From: an uncultured Planctomycetaceae bacterium
Lineage (GTDB): Bacteria > Planctomycetota > Planctomycetia > Planctomycetales > Planctomycetaceae
DNA: 64,000 nt
Assembly (NCBI GenBank): GCA_963815195.1
Contig: CAWFGE010000012.1
Location: 544,001 to 608,000 of the forward strand
Direction of reading: 5' to 3'
The notes under the pieces were generated by a model. The model saw only the letters and a program-made list of their open reading frames with translations. It was not told where the DNA came from and did not search any database. The translations under genes were made by a program, and so were the position numbers. Shown piece by piece: positions 52,888 through 64,000 of this stretch (within the stretch, counting starts at the first letter, position 1; every line of letters begins with the position of its first letter).

Positions 52888-54847
52888 ATGGCGAAGTCGC
52901 TGACGCACAAGCTGATCGAGTCGCACCTTGTGGATGGAGAACTGGAGCCCGGCGAGGAAATCTCGCTCCGGATCGACCAGACCCTCACCCAGGATGCCAC
53001 GGGCACGCTCGTGATGCTCGAACTGGAAGCGATGGGATTGGACCGCGTCCATACAGAGGTCTCCGCCCAATACGTCGATCACAACTTGATTCAGGAAGAT
53101 TATAAGAACCCCGACGATCATCTCTTTTTGGAAAGTGCCTGCCGGCGGTATGGGATTTGGTATTCCCGCCCAGGAAACGGCGTAAGCCATCCGGTGCATC
53201 AGGAGCGGTTCGGGCGGCCGGGGAAGACCCTGTTGGGATCGGACAGCCACACGCCCGCCGCCGGGGCCTTGGGCATGCTGGCGATTGGAGCGGGGGGACT
53301 GGAAGTGGCGCTCGCGATGGCCGGGATGCCGTTCTCCGTCAAGATGCCCCGCGTGTGGGGCGTGCATTTGACGGGCGAACTGCCGGACTGGGTCAGCGCG
53401 AAGGATGTGGTCCTCGAGATGCTGCGCCGGCACGATGTGGACGGCGGCGTGGGGTATGTCTTCGAGTATTTCGGGCCGGGACTCGAACATCTCTCGGCGA
53501 TGGATCGGCACGTCATCGCCAACATGGGCACCGAACTCGGAGCGACGTCCACCGTATTTCCCGCCGACGACGAAATCGAGCGCTATCTCGCGGCTCAACA
53601 TCGCGGCGGCGATTACGAACCCTGGTTGGCGGACGACGGGTGCGACTATGATCGTCTGGAGGAGATCGATCTTTCCACCCTGGAGCCATTGATTGCCTTG
53701 CCTTCGAGTCCTGGAAATGTCGTGCCCGTGGCCGAGGTCGCGGGCCGCGAGATTTACCAGGCCTACATCGGTTCCTCCGCCAATCCGGGGTATCGCGACT
53801 TCGCCGTCGCCGCCCGGATTCTCCAAGGCCGGACCGCGGACGTTCGCGTTTCGCTCGATGTGAACCCCACGTCCCGGCAGTTGTTGATTCAGCTCATCCG
53901 CGACGGCCATTTGTCTTCGTTGATCGAATCCGGCGCGGATCCATCAAGCCGGCTGCAACGGCTGCATCGGCATGGGGCAGGCCCCCGCCACCGGCAAGTT
54001 TAGTGTGCGGACCGTGCCCCGCAACTTTCCGGGACGCTCGGGAACCCCGGACGACCAGGTGGCCCTCGTCAGCCCCGAAACGGCCGCCGCGTCCGCGCTC
54101 TCGGGAAAGATCACCGATCCCCGCACGCTGGAAATCGATTATCCCCAAATCGAAGAACCCGAACCGGCGGGCGATCAAAATGCGCTTATGGAGCCGCCGC
54201 TGCCCGAAGACCAGGCTCGAGATGTCGAGCTGCGAAAAGGCCCGAACATCGCCAGCTTGCCGGTGCTCGAGCCGCTTCCCGATGCGTGCGAATTGCCCGT
54301 GCTGCTCAAAGTTCACGACGACATTTCCACAGATGAGATCCTGCCCGCCGGGACGCGCGTGCTGCCTTATCGCAGCAACATCCCCAAAATCGCGGAGTTC
54401 GCCTTCGACATCGTCGATTCGAGCTACGCGGACCGGGCCAAACAATGCCAGGCGTCCAACGGCACGGGCCATGTCGTCGTGGGGGGCGAGAATTACGGCC
54501 AAGGCTCCAGCCGGGAACACGCGGCCTTGGCCCCCCGATATTTGGGTTTGCGGATCGTCTTGGCGAAAAGCTTCGCCCGCATCCATTGGCAAAACCTGAT
54601 CAACTTCGGCATTCTTCCGTTGACCTTCCAGCGCGGCGAAGACTACGATGTCCTCGAACCCGATGACGAGTTGTCCTTCGAGGGACTGCACAGACTCTCG
54701 CACGATCGAACCGAGATCGCCGTTCGCAACAAAACCCAGGGCCGCCAATTCACGGTCGCGCACACCCTGTCTCCCCGCCAAGTCGAGGTACTGCGGAAAG
54801 GCGGGCTTATCAATTGGGCGAGGGCCCATACGGCGGCCGCGAAATAA
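52888..54847 (+). CDS. Aconitate hydratase, frameshift near 53937
   Basis: TLTQDATGT, GSDSHT, IGSSAN, then GCNGCIGMGQAP, RNFPGRSG, GENYGQGSSREHA in the second frame. Confidence 0.92.
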
Positions 54848-54914
54848 CCGCCGAACCGCCCTGAGGCAAAGACAGACCATCAAACCCGCCAATTGGCTCC
54901 CGCAGGATTCCCGC

Positions 54915-55289
54915 TTGGAAAAGGTCCCCTATTCCACATTGTTGCGCCGCGCCGCCGGATTGCGCTGCCCGCGGTGCGGCGGCGGGAAGCTCTTTCAGGG
55001 CTGGTTTCGCATGTACGAGCGCTGCCCCAACTGCAAGCTGAAGTACGAACGGGGCCCCGGCTACTTTCTCGGCTCGGCCTATTTGAACTACGGCCTCACC
55101 GCGGTGATTATCACGGCCAGCTATATCACGCTGCGGTTCGCCGCCGGCGTTCCCAGCCGGTATCTGCTTTGGGGCCTGGGCGCGTTTTGTGTGGTCTTCC
55201 CGCTGTTTTTCTTCCGCTACGCCCGCGCCTGGTGGCTGGCCCTGGATTGCCACTTCGACACCGAAGGCTTCGATCCCAAACACGATTGA
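54915..55289 (+). CDS. DUF983 domain protein
   Basis: LRCPRCGGGKLF...CPNC...ERGPGYFLG plus two TM segments; TTG start inferred. Confidence 0.8.
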   Translation: MEKVPYSTLLRRAAGLRCPRCGGGKLFQGWFRMYERCPNCKLKYERGPGYFLGSAYLNYGLTAVIITASYITLRFAAGVPSRYLLWGLGAFCVVFPLFFFRYARAWWLALDCHFDTEGFDPKHD

Positions 55290-55308
55290 TTCGAACCGGG
55301 CCCGCCCC

Positions 55309-56872
55309 GTGTCTGGCCGTTTTCTATGGCGCGAACTGGGTAGAGTGTGTAAAGTAGGCAATCCTGTCGTCCGCGATGTGCGGGGGCGAGTTGATTTCAC
55401 TTCCAGTGGAGGGATTGCGATGCAGGAACCCCGAGTTGCCAAAGAGGTTTATATTGAGTCGATGCGGTCGGAACTGGAGGGGTTGTTGGGCGAAGTGATG
55501 GAGGTCGTGAATGAGGCACCGGGCGGTCGCGTGATTGCCGACAGTGAGGAGGAGGTGCGGCAGTTGATGCACGAGTTTCGCCGCCGGGCTTACGAGCGGG
55601 CCGTGCAGATGCGAGCGGACTCAGCCGAGTCCGCTTTTCCCCCCTCCGGAGAACGAAGCGACGGGAACACCCATGCGCAACAAAGGTCGCCAGAAGCACA
55701 CCGTGATGACGGTCAACGGGCGGGTTAAGCTTCGCCGGATTCGCTGGCAACCAGCCGGCGGCGGCAGCGTGACGCCGCTGGATGAGTGGTTGGACGAAGC
55801 CTGCCAGCAGTTCACGCAAGGCGTCGTCGAATTGGCCTGCCGATTGAACCGTTGCGAAAGCAGTTTTCTGGAACTGTCCGTGACCCTGAAGCGTGCGGCG
55901 GGGCTTTCGATCGGCAAGGAAACGCTCCGGCAATTGATCGAAGCCGAAGGCCAAACGGTCTTGGAACAAACGCGTCGCAACGAACTGAGGCCCGACTGGG
56001 AGGCGTCGGATTGCCAAACCCCTGAGGGCGAAACTCGCGTGTATTTCGGTTGTGACGGCGTGAAGGTTCCCGTGATCACGGAGACGGAAAAGAAGCAGCG
56101 GCGGGCTCAGGTCGTCGAGAAACGGAAAGAACGCAAATCCGAGGGCCGCTCTCTCAATCCGTTGGAACGATTGAAGCCGGGCGCCGACGGCCCGTACAAG
56201 GAATTTCGTCTGGTGCAGTTTTATTCGGAAGACCAGGAAAACCGCTGGATCAGCGTCAGCCGGGGCGACCATGAAGTGGTCGGGCGGGTGATGCGCCGGG
56301 ACGCCTCGCGGATTCAGTTGGATCAGGCGGACGCTTCGATCGGGATTTATGACGGGGCCGTGTGGATCGATCGCCAAGCGGAGAAACAAGGCCTGCGGTT
56401 GACCGCCCGCGGACTCGACTTCTGGCATCTTCGGGATTATGCGCAAAAGACGCGGCGGTCGCTTTACGGAGACGACGAAGCCGGCAAAAGCTGGCTGGAC
56501 GAATTGATGCACACCTTCAAGCATGAAGGTTACGAAACGGCGTGGGATCAGCTGACGACCCAGCGGGCCCAACTGGAAAACGAAACGAAAAAGCAAGCCC
56601 TGGATGGACTCTTGCACTACATGGCCGAACGCAGCCATCTGATTAAATACCCCGAGTTCCGCGCGAACGGGTGGCAAATCGGCAGCGGTCCAACCGAAGC
56701 CCAATGCCGCACGACCACCAGCCGCATCAAAGGCAAAGGCCGCCGCTGGGATCCCGACAACGCCCTGGCCGTAATGGCCTTGGAAGCCCTCCACCAAAGC
56801 CACGCCTGGGACTCTCACTGGAACCTCAATTGACCAACCAACTTAACCCCGCCAGAATTTCCGGCCACACAC
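55309..56872 (+). mobile_element. ISKra4-like insertion sequence (1564 bp) with 9-bp target-site duplication
   Basis: Imperfect terminal IRs GTGTCTGGCCG..TGGCG / CGCCA..CGGCCACACAC; flanking direct repeat GCCCGCCCC at 55300-55308 and 56873-56881. Confidence 0.88.
55420..56833 (+). CDS. ISKra4-family DDE transposase in two overlapping frames
   Basis: CDG, YDGAVWI, LDFWHL and IGSGPTEA motifs; orfA/orfB junction at TTTTCCCCCC (55635-55644). Confidence 0.85.
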
Positions 56873-56985
56873 GCCCGCCCCGGCGGCCCGCGCTTTCCTT
56901 TTCAGCCCGGCGGGACTGGGTTACATTGGGGGAACCTGATGTTACCGGAATTCCACCCAGCGGATTTGATGAAAAGGGGATCGGC

Positions 56986-58302
56986 ATGAGTTTCCAACGT
57001 CGCGATTTTTTGAAAAGCAGCATCGTCCTGGCGGCGGGCGGCGTGTGCCCCCGGTTCGCTTATTCGGCACTCGCCAACGGCAAACTGCGGACGGCCCACA
57101 TCGGCGTCGGCGGCATGGGCGCGGGGGACTTGGGGTCCGTCTCGTCGCATAAGCAGGTCGAAGTCGCAGCGCTCTGCGATGTGGATGCCAACCGCCTGGA
57201 GGAAGCCCGCAAGAAACATCCCGGCGCCAAAACCTTTGCCGACTTTCGCGAGATGTTCGATCGGATGGGTGATTCCCTCGATGCCGTCGTCGTCTCCACG
57301 CCCGACCACACCCACGCCCCCGCCGCGATGTCGGCCCTCAACTTAGGCAAGCCCGTCTATTGCCAAAAACCGTTGACCCACGAAGTCTTTGAAGCCCGCC
57401 AGCTTCGCCTCGCCGCCGAGAAAAAAGCCCTGCCCACGCAGATGGGGATTCAAGTGCATTCGAGTTCGACCTACCGCCGGGCCGTGGCGATGATTCAAAG
57501 CGGCGTCATCGGCAAAGTCAGCCAGGTGCATGCCTGGTCCGGAAAGAACTGGGGCTACGACGGCGGACCGTTCACAAAGACCGCCCAGCCGCCCGAATCT
57601 CTCTCCTGGAACCTCTGGCTCGGAACCGCCGAAGACCGGCCCTTCGTGCCCAAGGTGTATCATCCCGCGCAGTGGCGAAAGCTGATCGACTTCGGCACCG
57701 GCACGTTGGGCGACATGGGCGTGCATATTTTCGATACGCCCTACGCGGCCCTCGAACTCACCGCCCCCAAGTGGGCCAAAACCACCTGCCGAAAGCCCAC
57801 CGGCATCGGCCATCCGGAAAAGAACATCGTCCAATACGAGTTCCCCGGCACGAAACACACGACCCAATCGCTGATCTGGACCTGGTACGACGGGGGCTAT
57901 GCTCCGCCCAAAGGCGATGAAGTCGATCTGCCCGAAGGCCTCAAACTGCCGGGCCAGGGTTCGCTGTTTATCGGCGAAGGCGGGATGATGCTGCTCCCGC
58001 ACGTCGGCGAAGCCCGGCTCTTTCCCGAAGAGAAATTCAAAGACTACAAACGCCCCGAGGTCTCCAATAACAACCATTATCACCAATGGGTCGATGCCTG
58101 CCTCGGCAAAGGCGAAACCAGTGCGAGCTTCAGCTACGGCGGCCCCTTGACGGAAGCCCTTTTATTAGGCGTCGTCGCCAATCGCTTCCCCGAACAAAAA
58201 CTGATGTGGGACGCGGAGAAGCTGAAGGTCACGAACCTCCCGGAAGCCAACGCCCTCATCAAACGCCACTACCGCAAAGATTTCCAGGTGGCGGGCCTAT
58301 AA
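56986..58302 (+). CDS. Gfo/Idh/MocA family oxidoreductase with Tat signal
   Basis: RRDFLK, IGVGGMG, STPDHTHA, YCQKPL, GDMGVH motifs. Confidence 0.94.
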   Translation: MSFQRRDFLKSSIVLAAGGVCPRFAYSALANGKLRTAHIGVGGMGAGDLGSVSSHKQVEVAALCDVDANRLEEARKKHPGAKTFADFREMFDRMGDSLDAVVVSTPDHTHAPAAMSALNLGKPVYCQKPLTHEVFEARQLRLAAEKKALPTQMGIQVHSSSTYRRAVAMIQSGVIGKVSQVHAWSGKNWGYDGGPFTKTAQPPESLSWNLWLGTAEDRPFVPKVYHPAQWRKLIDFGTGTLGDMGVHIFDTPYAALELTAPKWAKTTCRKPTGIGHPEKNIVQYEFPGTKHTTQSLIWTWYDGGYAPPKGDEVDLPEGLKLPGQGSLFIGEGGMMLLPHVGEARLFPEEKFKDYKRPEVSNNNHYHQWVDACLGKGETSASFSYGGPLTEALLLGVVANRFPEQKLMWDAEKLKVTNLPEANALIKRHYRKDFQVAGL

Positions 58303-58352
58303 GGAAAAAACGTCGCCCATACCTCCGAGGCTGTGATTTTTGCCATGCATTC

Positions 58353-58425
58353 GTAGCGGTGGCTTCCAGCCGCCGAAAATTAGGGGATTCATGCTCTCCA
58401 GTCGGCGGCTGGAAGCCACCGCTAC
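58353..58425. repeat. REP-like palindrome
   Basis: gtagcggtggcttccagccgccg / cggcggctggaagccaccgctac. Confidence 0.8.
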
Positions 58426-58465
58426 GAAAAAAATCACAGCCGCTCCGCGGAGCAATCGGGTCACG

Positions 58466-59274
58466 CTATTTGAGCCCGAGCGTGGCCTTATGCTCGACTT
58501 CGCATTCGGGGAATTGTTTTTTGAATTCCAGCGCGGCTTTGTCGCTGACTTTGGTGTCAAGGAGCGACACGTACTTCAGCTTCTTCAATTGGGCAAGCTG
58601 CTTCAGGCCTTCATCCGTGATTGGCGTATGGGCCAACCCGATCATTTCCAGGTTTTTCATCTTGGCGATGTGCACGAGATGCTGATCTGTAATGGGATTG
58701 TGATAGAGAAACAATTTCTTAAGGTGTTTCAGTTTCACAAGATGCTCGAACCCGTCTCCGTTAATTTGGTTCTTCGTTAAACTGAGACTTTCAAGATTCG
58801 ACCAGCCCTCAAGCTGTGAAAGGCCCTTGTCGGTCAGGGCATTATCCCTCAATGTGAGGATTTCAATGTTTTTCAGTACGCCGAGACGTGCGAAGTGCTT
58901 ATCAGTAAGCCCGCATGATGTCATATAGATCGTGCGCAGACTGGAATCTCCACGATGGGGACTAAATCTTTGGGTTTGATCTTTGTTTCGATGAGGCTCA
59001 AATGCGTCGGGGGCGACTCAAGGTCTTCCTCTGAGTCGTTGCGAAAAATCTTAAACCCTAGCTTTCGCAATGTTTGAATGGCCTGCTCCCGGCGCTGGAC
59101 TTTATCCAACTCAATCTTTTCAATAGGCGGCTCGGCGGACTTTTGTTTCTTTTCGGAAAGATCGTCATCCGCTTTTGCATAAGGACTCAAACCAAACAAA
59201 ATGGCAAGTCCAATAGCCGCCATTAGTCCAAGGCATCCGTGAGGCGATATTCGGTCAAGTTTCAATCGAATCAT
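58466..59274 (-). CDS. Leucine-rich repeat protein, split by a frameshift near 58943
   Basis: Signal peptide in the upstream ORF and LRRs (L..L.L....ITD.GL) in the downstream ORF; restoring one C joins them as IPSLRTIYMTSCGLTD. Confidence 0.75.
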
Positions 59275-59370
59275 GACGGAACCTCGTAACTCATCGTGTT
59301 GGAGAGACAACCGAAGCGGGGGGAATAAATCGTACCCGCAGCTTGTTCGGTTGTCACTCCCTTTTGAAAG

Positions 59371-60260
59371 TTACTTGGCGGCCAAAACCTCTTTGATCGG
59401 TTTGCCCTCGGCGATGCGGAAGGGGCGGCCGATGTCGGAGAGGTTTTGTTTTCGCGGATCGATGCCCAGCGCCCCGCAGAGCGTCGCCAAGAGATCACCC
59501 ACGTCGGTTTGGCCGTCGGCGACGCTCATGCCGTCGGCGCTGGTGTTCCCATAAGCCTGGCCGCCATTGATGCCGCCGCCGGCGAGCACCGTGGTCCACG
59601 CGGCGGGGAAGTGATCGCGGCCGGCGTTCCCATTGATGCGGGGCGTGCGGCCGAACTCGCCCATCCAGAGAATCGTCGTGGATTCGAGCAGGCCCCGGTC
59701 TTTGAGATCCGAAAGCAGCGAACTCCAGCCGGCGTCCAGACTTTCCGAAAGGGCTTTGACCGTCTGAAAGTTTTGCTGGTGCGTGTCCCACAAAGCCGAG
59801 TCGCCCAGCGTGACTTCCACAAACGAAACGCCCTTCTCCACCAGTCGGCGGGCGAGCAAACAGCCCTGCCCGAACACGGTGGGGCCGTAACGCTCGCGGA
59901 CCTTTGCGGGTTCTTTCGAGAGGTCGAACGCCTGGGCTTCCTTGCCGTTCATCAGCCGCACGGACCGGTTCAAGGTCGTCGTGTGGGCTTCGGAGAGCGG
60001 GCTGCCGTTCTTCTTGTTGAAATCGTCTTGCACTTTGTCCAGAAGCTTCAATCGCTCTTCGGATTGCTTGGGGCCGACACCCGCCGCGGGCTTGAGGTTA
60101 TCGACGCCGAAGTCGGGGAAGTTGCCCGGTCCGGAGGGGCCCTGTTTGGCTTTCACGATAAGCGGCGCATACCTCGGTCCCAAAAACCCCGGCGAGCCGG
60201 CCTGCGGATTGAACATCGAAGTGACGTAGGGCCGGCTGGGCCGGCCGTTGTGCAGCATAT
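59371..60260 (-). pseudogene. C-terminal part of a DUF1501 protein
   Basis: FGQGCLLARRLVEKGV.FVEV, WDTH, GEFGRTP..N...GRDH motifs; the usual Tat signal and GG.S..D N-terminal part are absent. Confidence 0.7.
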
Positions 60261-60283
60261 TTGTCAACGGGGCCAATGCCAAG

Positions 60284-63200
60284 CTACTCCCCCGTCGTTT
60301 TCGCTTCCTCACCCACCTTGGTTTGCTCCCCCGCGGGTTTCTTTTCTAACAGCCTTTGGCGGTAGCGGTGGTAGAAGCGGATTTGGCGGCTGTCGGGGGC
60401 GTAGGGTTTGCCGGCGATGAAGGTGCCTTTGATGTTCGACGTGTGCTGCAAGGGGCCGCCGTCGAGGATCACGAGGTTCGCGGTTTTTTCCGGCGTCAGC
60501 GAGCCGGCTTGACCCGCGATGCCCAGGATTTCCGCGGCCGAGAGGGTCACGGCTTTGAGGCCCTCTTCCGGCGGGAGGCCATACGCCACGGCCATTGCGG
60601 ATTCAAACGGCGTGTTCCGGCTGTTGGACGCGTTGTCCGAGCGTATGCAGAACTTCACGCCCGCTTCATAGAGCCGCCCCGGATTGGCATAGGGGGCGTC
60701 CGACGGATCGGAACCCGACATCGGGCGCGCATCACCGGGCCGACGATCACCGGGACCTTGCGGGCCTTGAGTTCCTCGGCGAGTTTCCAAGCGTCCGTGC
60801 CGCCGGTGAGGATGATCTTCAGTTTTTCCTTCTCGGCGAACAAGAGGGCCTCGGCGATCGCTTTCTGGGAATCCGCTTCGACGAACACCGGCTTTTGGCG
60901 GGTGACATAAGGCCTTAAGGCTTCGAGTCGCGGATCGGTGATGGGGCCGAGGCTGTTTTGTTCTTTGGCTTTCGTTTGCAGGCGGTCGTAGAGGCGGGCT
61001 TCTTCCAGAAACTCGCTGAGTTCCTCCTGCTGTTTCTTTGATGAGGGCCAGATGATTTGCAGGCCCGCTTCGTAGTTTTGCACCATTTCGGGGGCGGTCC
61101 AGCCGCTGAGTTGGGCGATCGAAGTTTGCCCGGCGATCACGCCGCCGGTGGGCCGGATCATGATCGAGGTGATCCCGCCCGCGCGGGCGACGGGGATGAG
61201 TTCGGAATCGACATTCAGCCCCACGCCGGCCCGCAGGTCGGGTTGAAATTGCCCGCCCTCGGCGTCGTCGTGCGTCTCGCGGACCTTCCCGATTTCGACG
61301 AGGCCCAGCTGCGTGCCGGCGTCGATAAAGCCGGGGGCGATGTGCATCCCGCTGCAATCGATGATCTTCACGCCGGCGGGGATTTCGAGGTTCCTTCCGA
61401 TCCCGGCGATTTTGCCGTCTTCGATCAACAGCGTGCCCTCGGCAATCACCGGAGCGTCCACGGGATAGAGGGTTGCGTTCGTGAGAGCATAGCGGCCGTT
61501 CGCGGTTTCGCTCAAATCGAGCGTCCGATTGCGGGCTGCAAGCGATGCGAACTCGAGCTTCGGCGGCGTGGCGGAACGGGCTTTCGCTTGTTCGGACATC
61601 GCGGTCGGAGCGTGGGCGCGGTCGAAGTAAATTTCGCCTTCGATGATCGTCATCTCGCACCGCGAAAACGCATCGAGCGGGTGCCCGTTGTAGATCGCCA
61701 GATCGCCGTCTTTGCCGACTTCCAGAGAACCCATGCGGTCGTCGAGCCCCAGCTCGCGGGCGGAGTTTAAGGTGATGGTTTTGATGGCATCGTCCACGGG
61801 CATGTTGCCGTAGCGGACGGTCTTGGCGGCTTCGTGATAGAGGTGCCTGATGAGTTCCGCATCGTCGCTTTTAATGACGATGTTCGCCCCGGCTTCGTTC
61901 AGAAGCGCGGCGTTATAAGGTGTCGCATCGTAGGCTTCGACCTTGTAGGCCCACCAGTCGGCGAAGGTGCTGCAACTGGCACCGTGGGCGACGATTTCGG
62001 GGGCGATTTTATACCCTTCCAAGACATGCTGCAGCGACCACACGCGAATGCCCAAATCGTTGGCGATGCGGAGCAGCATCAAAATCTCATCCGCGCGGTA
62101 GCAGTGCGAGTGGATGAATTTTTTGTGGTTGACGATGTCCGCGAGCGCTTCGAGCCGCAGGTCGCGGCGGGGAGGCAATGTCATTTCGGACTTTTGGCGT
62201 TCGTATTCGTTCCACTTCCGGCGGTAGTCGAGGCTTTCCATGAAGGCCCGGTTGAGCGTGGCTTCGACGCCGAGCCGGGTGTTGGGAAACCGCGTGGGGC
62301 GGTACTTCACGTTTTCCCCGAGGGCGAATTTCACGCCTTGCGGGGCATTGTACAGGATGTGCTCCCGCGCGGTCTTGCCGTGCTTGAGCTTGACGACCGC
62401 ATCCTGCCCGCCGATGACGTTTGCCGACCCGTGCAGGATCCGCGCGGCCGTCACGCCGCCGGCGAGGGCGCGGTATTCGGAAGGATCATCGGTGTTGATC
62501 ACATCTTTAATCCGCACCTCGGGCACGATCGACTGCGTGTATTCGTTGATCCCGTCGGTGATCATGATGTGGCTGTGCGTATCGATGATGCCCGGCATCA
62601 CATACCGCCCGGCGGCATCGATCACCCGCATCCCCGCATCGGGTTTGAGATTCTTTCCGATCGCCGCCACTTTGCCATTGCGAATGAGAACCGAACCCCC
62701 TTCCAATGTTTCGCCCGTGCCGGTGATGATGGTGCCGTTATGAATCAGCACATTCCCGCTGGTGTGGAAAGGACGCGAGGAAACGCGGTCGGAATCGAGT
62801 TCGGTCGGTAACTGATCGGCCGGCAATCGCTCAGCGACGGCGGGCGACGGGTTGGGCTCTTTGACAGAAGAATCATCTCGGACGGCGGTCCACTCCGAGC
62901 CGCCGCCGAAGGGATATTTCATTTCGCCGGCAAGTTTGCTGTCTTCGAGCTTGCCGGTGAATTGGAACTGCACCGCATCCTCGTTCGTCTTGCCGAACCG
63001 CACGGCGAACTCGATTTTTTCCTGGTTGATCTGGCCCGACGTGATGCTGCCGTTGCCCTGGGAACTTTTGAACGTGCCGCCGAGTTTCTTGCCGTCGCGT
63101 GTGAGTTGGAGCGTGGCCTTGGTGGGGGCGGGTTGGTTTTGAATCGTGAGTTTCCAGGTCCCGATCACAGGACTTTCCGCGATGGCGGGTTGGAATTGTT

Positions 63201-64000
63201 CGTTCTTGCTCTTCTCGGCGATGGTGGGTTTTTCGTTCTGGTTGTATTCGAACTGCCGGCCATCGACGAACAGATGCCGCACTTTGGTGTTTTTATCGTC
63301 GAACGGTTTCGTGAGGACCACCACGCTGCCGAGCTTGCCGGCTTCCAGAGTTCCCAGGCGATCGGCGACCCCCAGGATCTCGGCGGGTGAAGTCGTCAGC
63401 GCGGCGAGGGCGGCGTCTTTTGGCAAACCAGTCTCGATGAGCGTTCGCACCGCCGCGAGCACGTCGGCGTGGGTTTTCATTTCGCGGGAAGTCAGGCCGA
63501 ACCGCAGGCCGCGTTCGTGGAGTTCCGCAAAGCCCTGCAGGCGCTTGAGCCATTTCGCTTGCCGATCGTGCTCCAGGCGGAGCGGATCTTTGATGTTGGC
63601 GGAGAGTTTTTTGTCGTCCGCTGGTTTTTCGAGCTTGGGCATTTCGCCGAAGTCGAGCTGCAGGATCAGGTCGGTTTTGTTTTTTGTTAATCGATCGAGG
63701 CAGCGGTGCGCATCGCGGCCGCCCCAGATCACGGGCTTCAGATGCTGCTCCTCGCAAAAGTCCAAGGCCCGGTGGATGTCGTCCCGGCTCTCGGCGAGAA
63801 ACACCGACCGGCGTTTGCCGATCTGCACTTGATGCAAAGTTTCCAAAGCCGCATCGACCGGCGGGCGGGCGATCGCGGTTTTCGATTCGCGGTAGAGCTT
63901 CCAATGGTCGGCGTAATGCCCGGCGTCCAAAAACGCCTGCCGCAAGTGGGCCGTCGTTCCCATGAGCGTGGAAGGATAGGTGTCCCCGCCCAGCCGGTTG
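60284..64000 (-). CDS. Multi-domain amidohydrolase family protein (5' end beyond window; frameshift near 60725)
   Basis: Repeated amidohydrolase modules (MPGIIDTHSH, GSLEVGKDGDL, APGFID); C-terminus YANPGRL...GSLTPEKTANL in another frame. Confidence 0.88.

Overview
GC-rich genomic window, most likely from a planctomycete. The assignment is inferred from DUF1559 and DUF1501 proteins, a sulfatase, an ECF sigma/FecR pair and GC-rich REP-like palindromes. Most of the window is housekeeping and accessory genes: secDF-yajC-tgt, trpD, maf, cmk, dinB, ispF-cysS-ruvC, a cyclase-AAA-TPR protein, an aconitase and an ISKra4-like IS with a 9-bp target duplication. The standout is a ~5.3 kb + strand RNA locus at 29172-34520 that the ORF track does not show. 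It runs from an ECF-type promoter through 24 tandem tRNA genes (none encodes CCA; many are non-canonical) to seven Y-RNA-like cassettes, a Ro60/TROVE gene and a terminator. The cassettes share one covarying closing stem (5'-CRACTGCCR..GGA.TMCAT...CTTCGTYG-3') but carry different inserts. Two inserts are circularly permuted tRNAs of YrlA type and two are partial tRNA-like modules. One (31506-31679) reads as a circularly permuted miniature of 23S rRNA helices 67-71 opened at the H69 loop, i.e. a candidate rRNA-mimicking Y RNA. All RNA structures were folded by eye. Five genes carry 1-2 nt frameshifts in homopolymer or dinucleotide runs, which probably reflect sequencing or assembly error.
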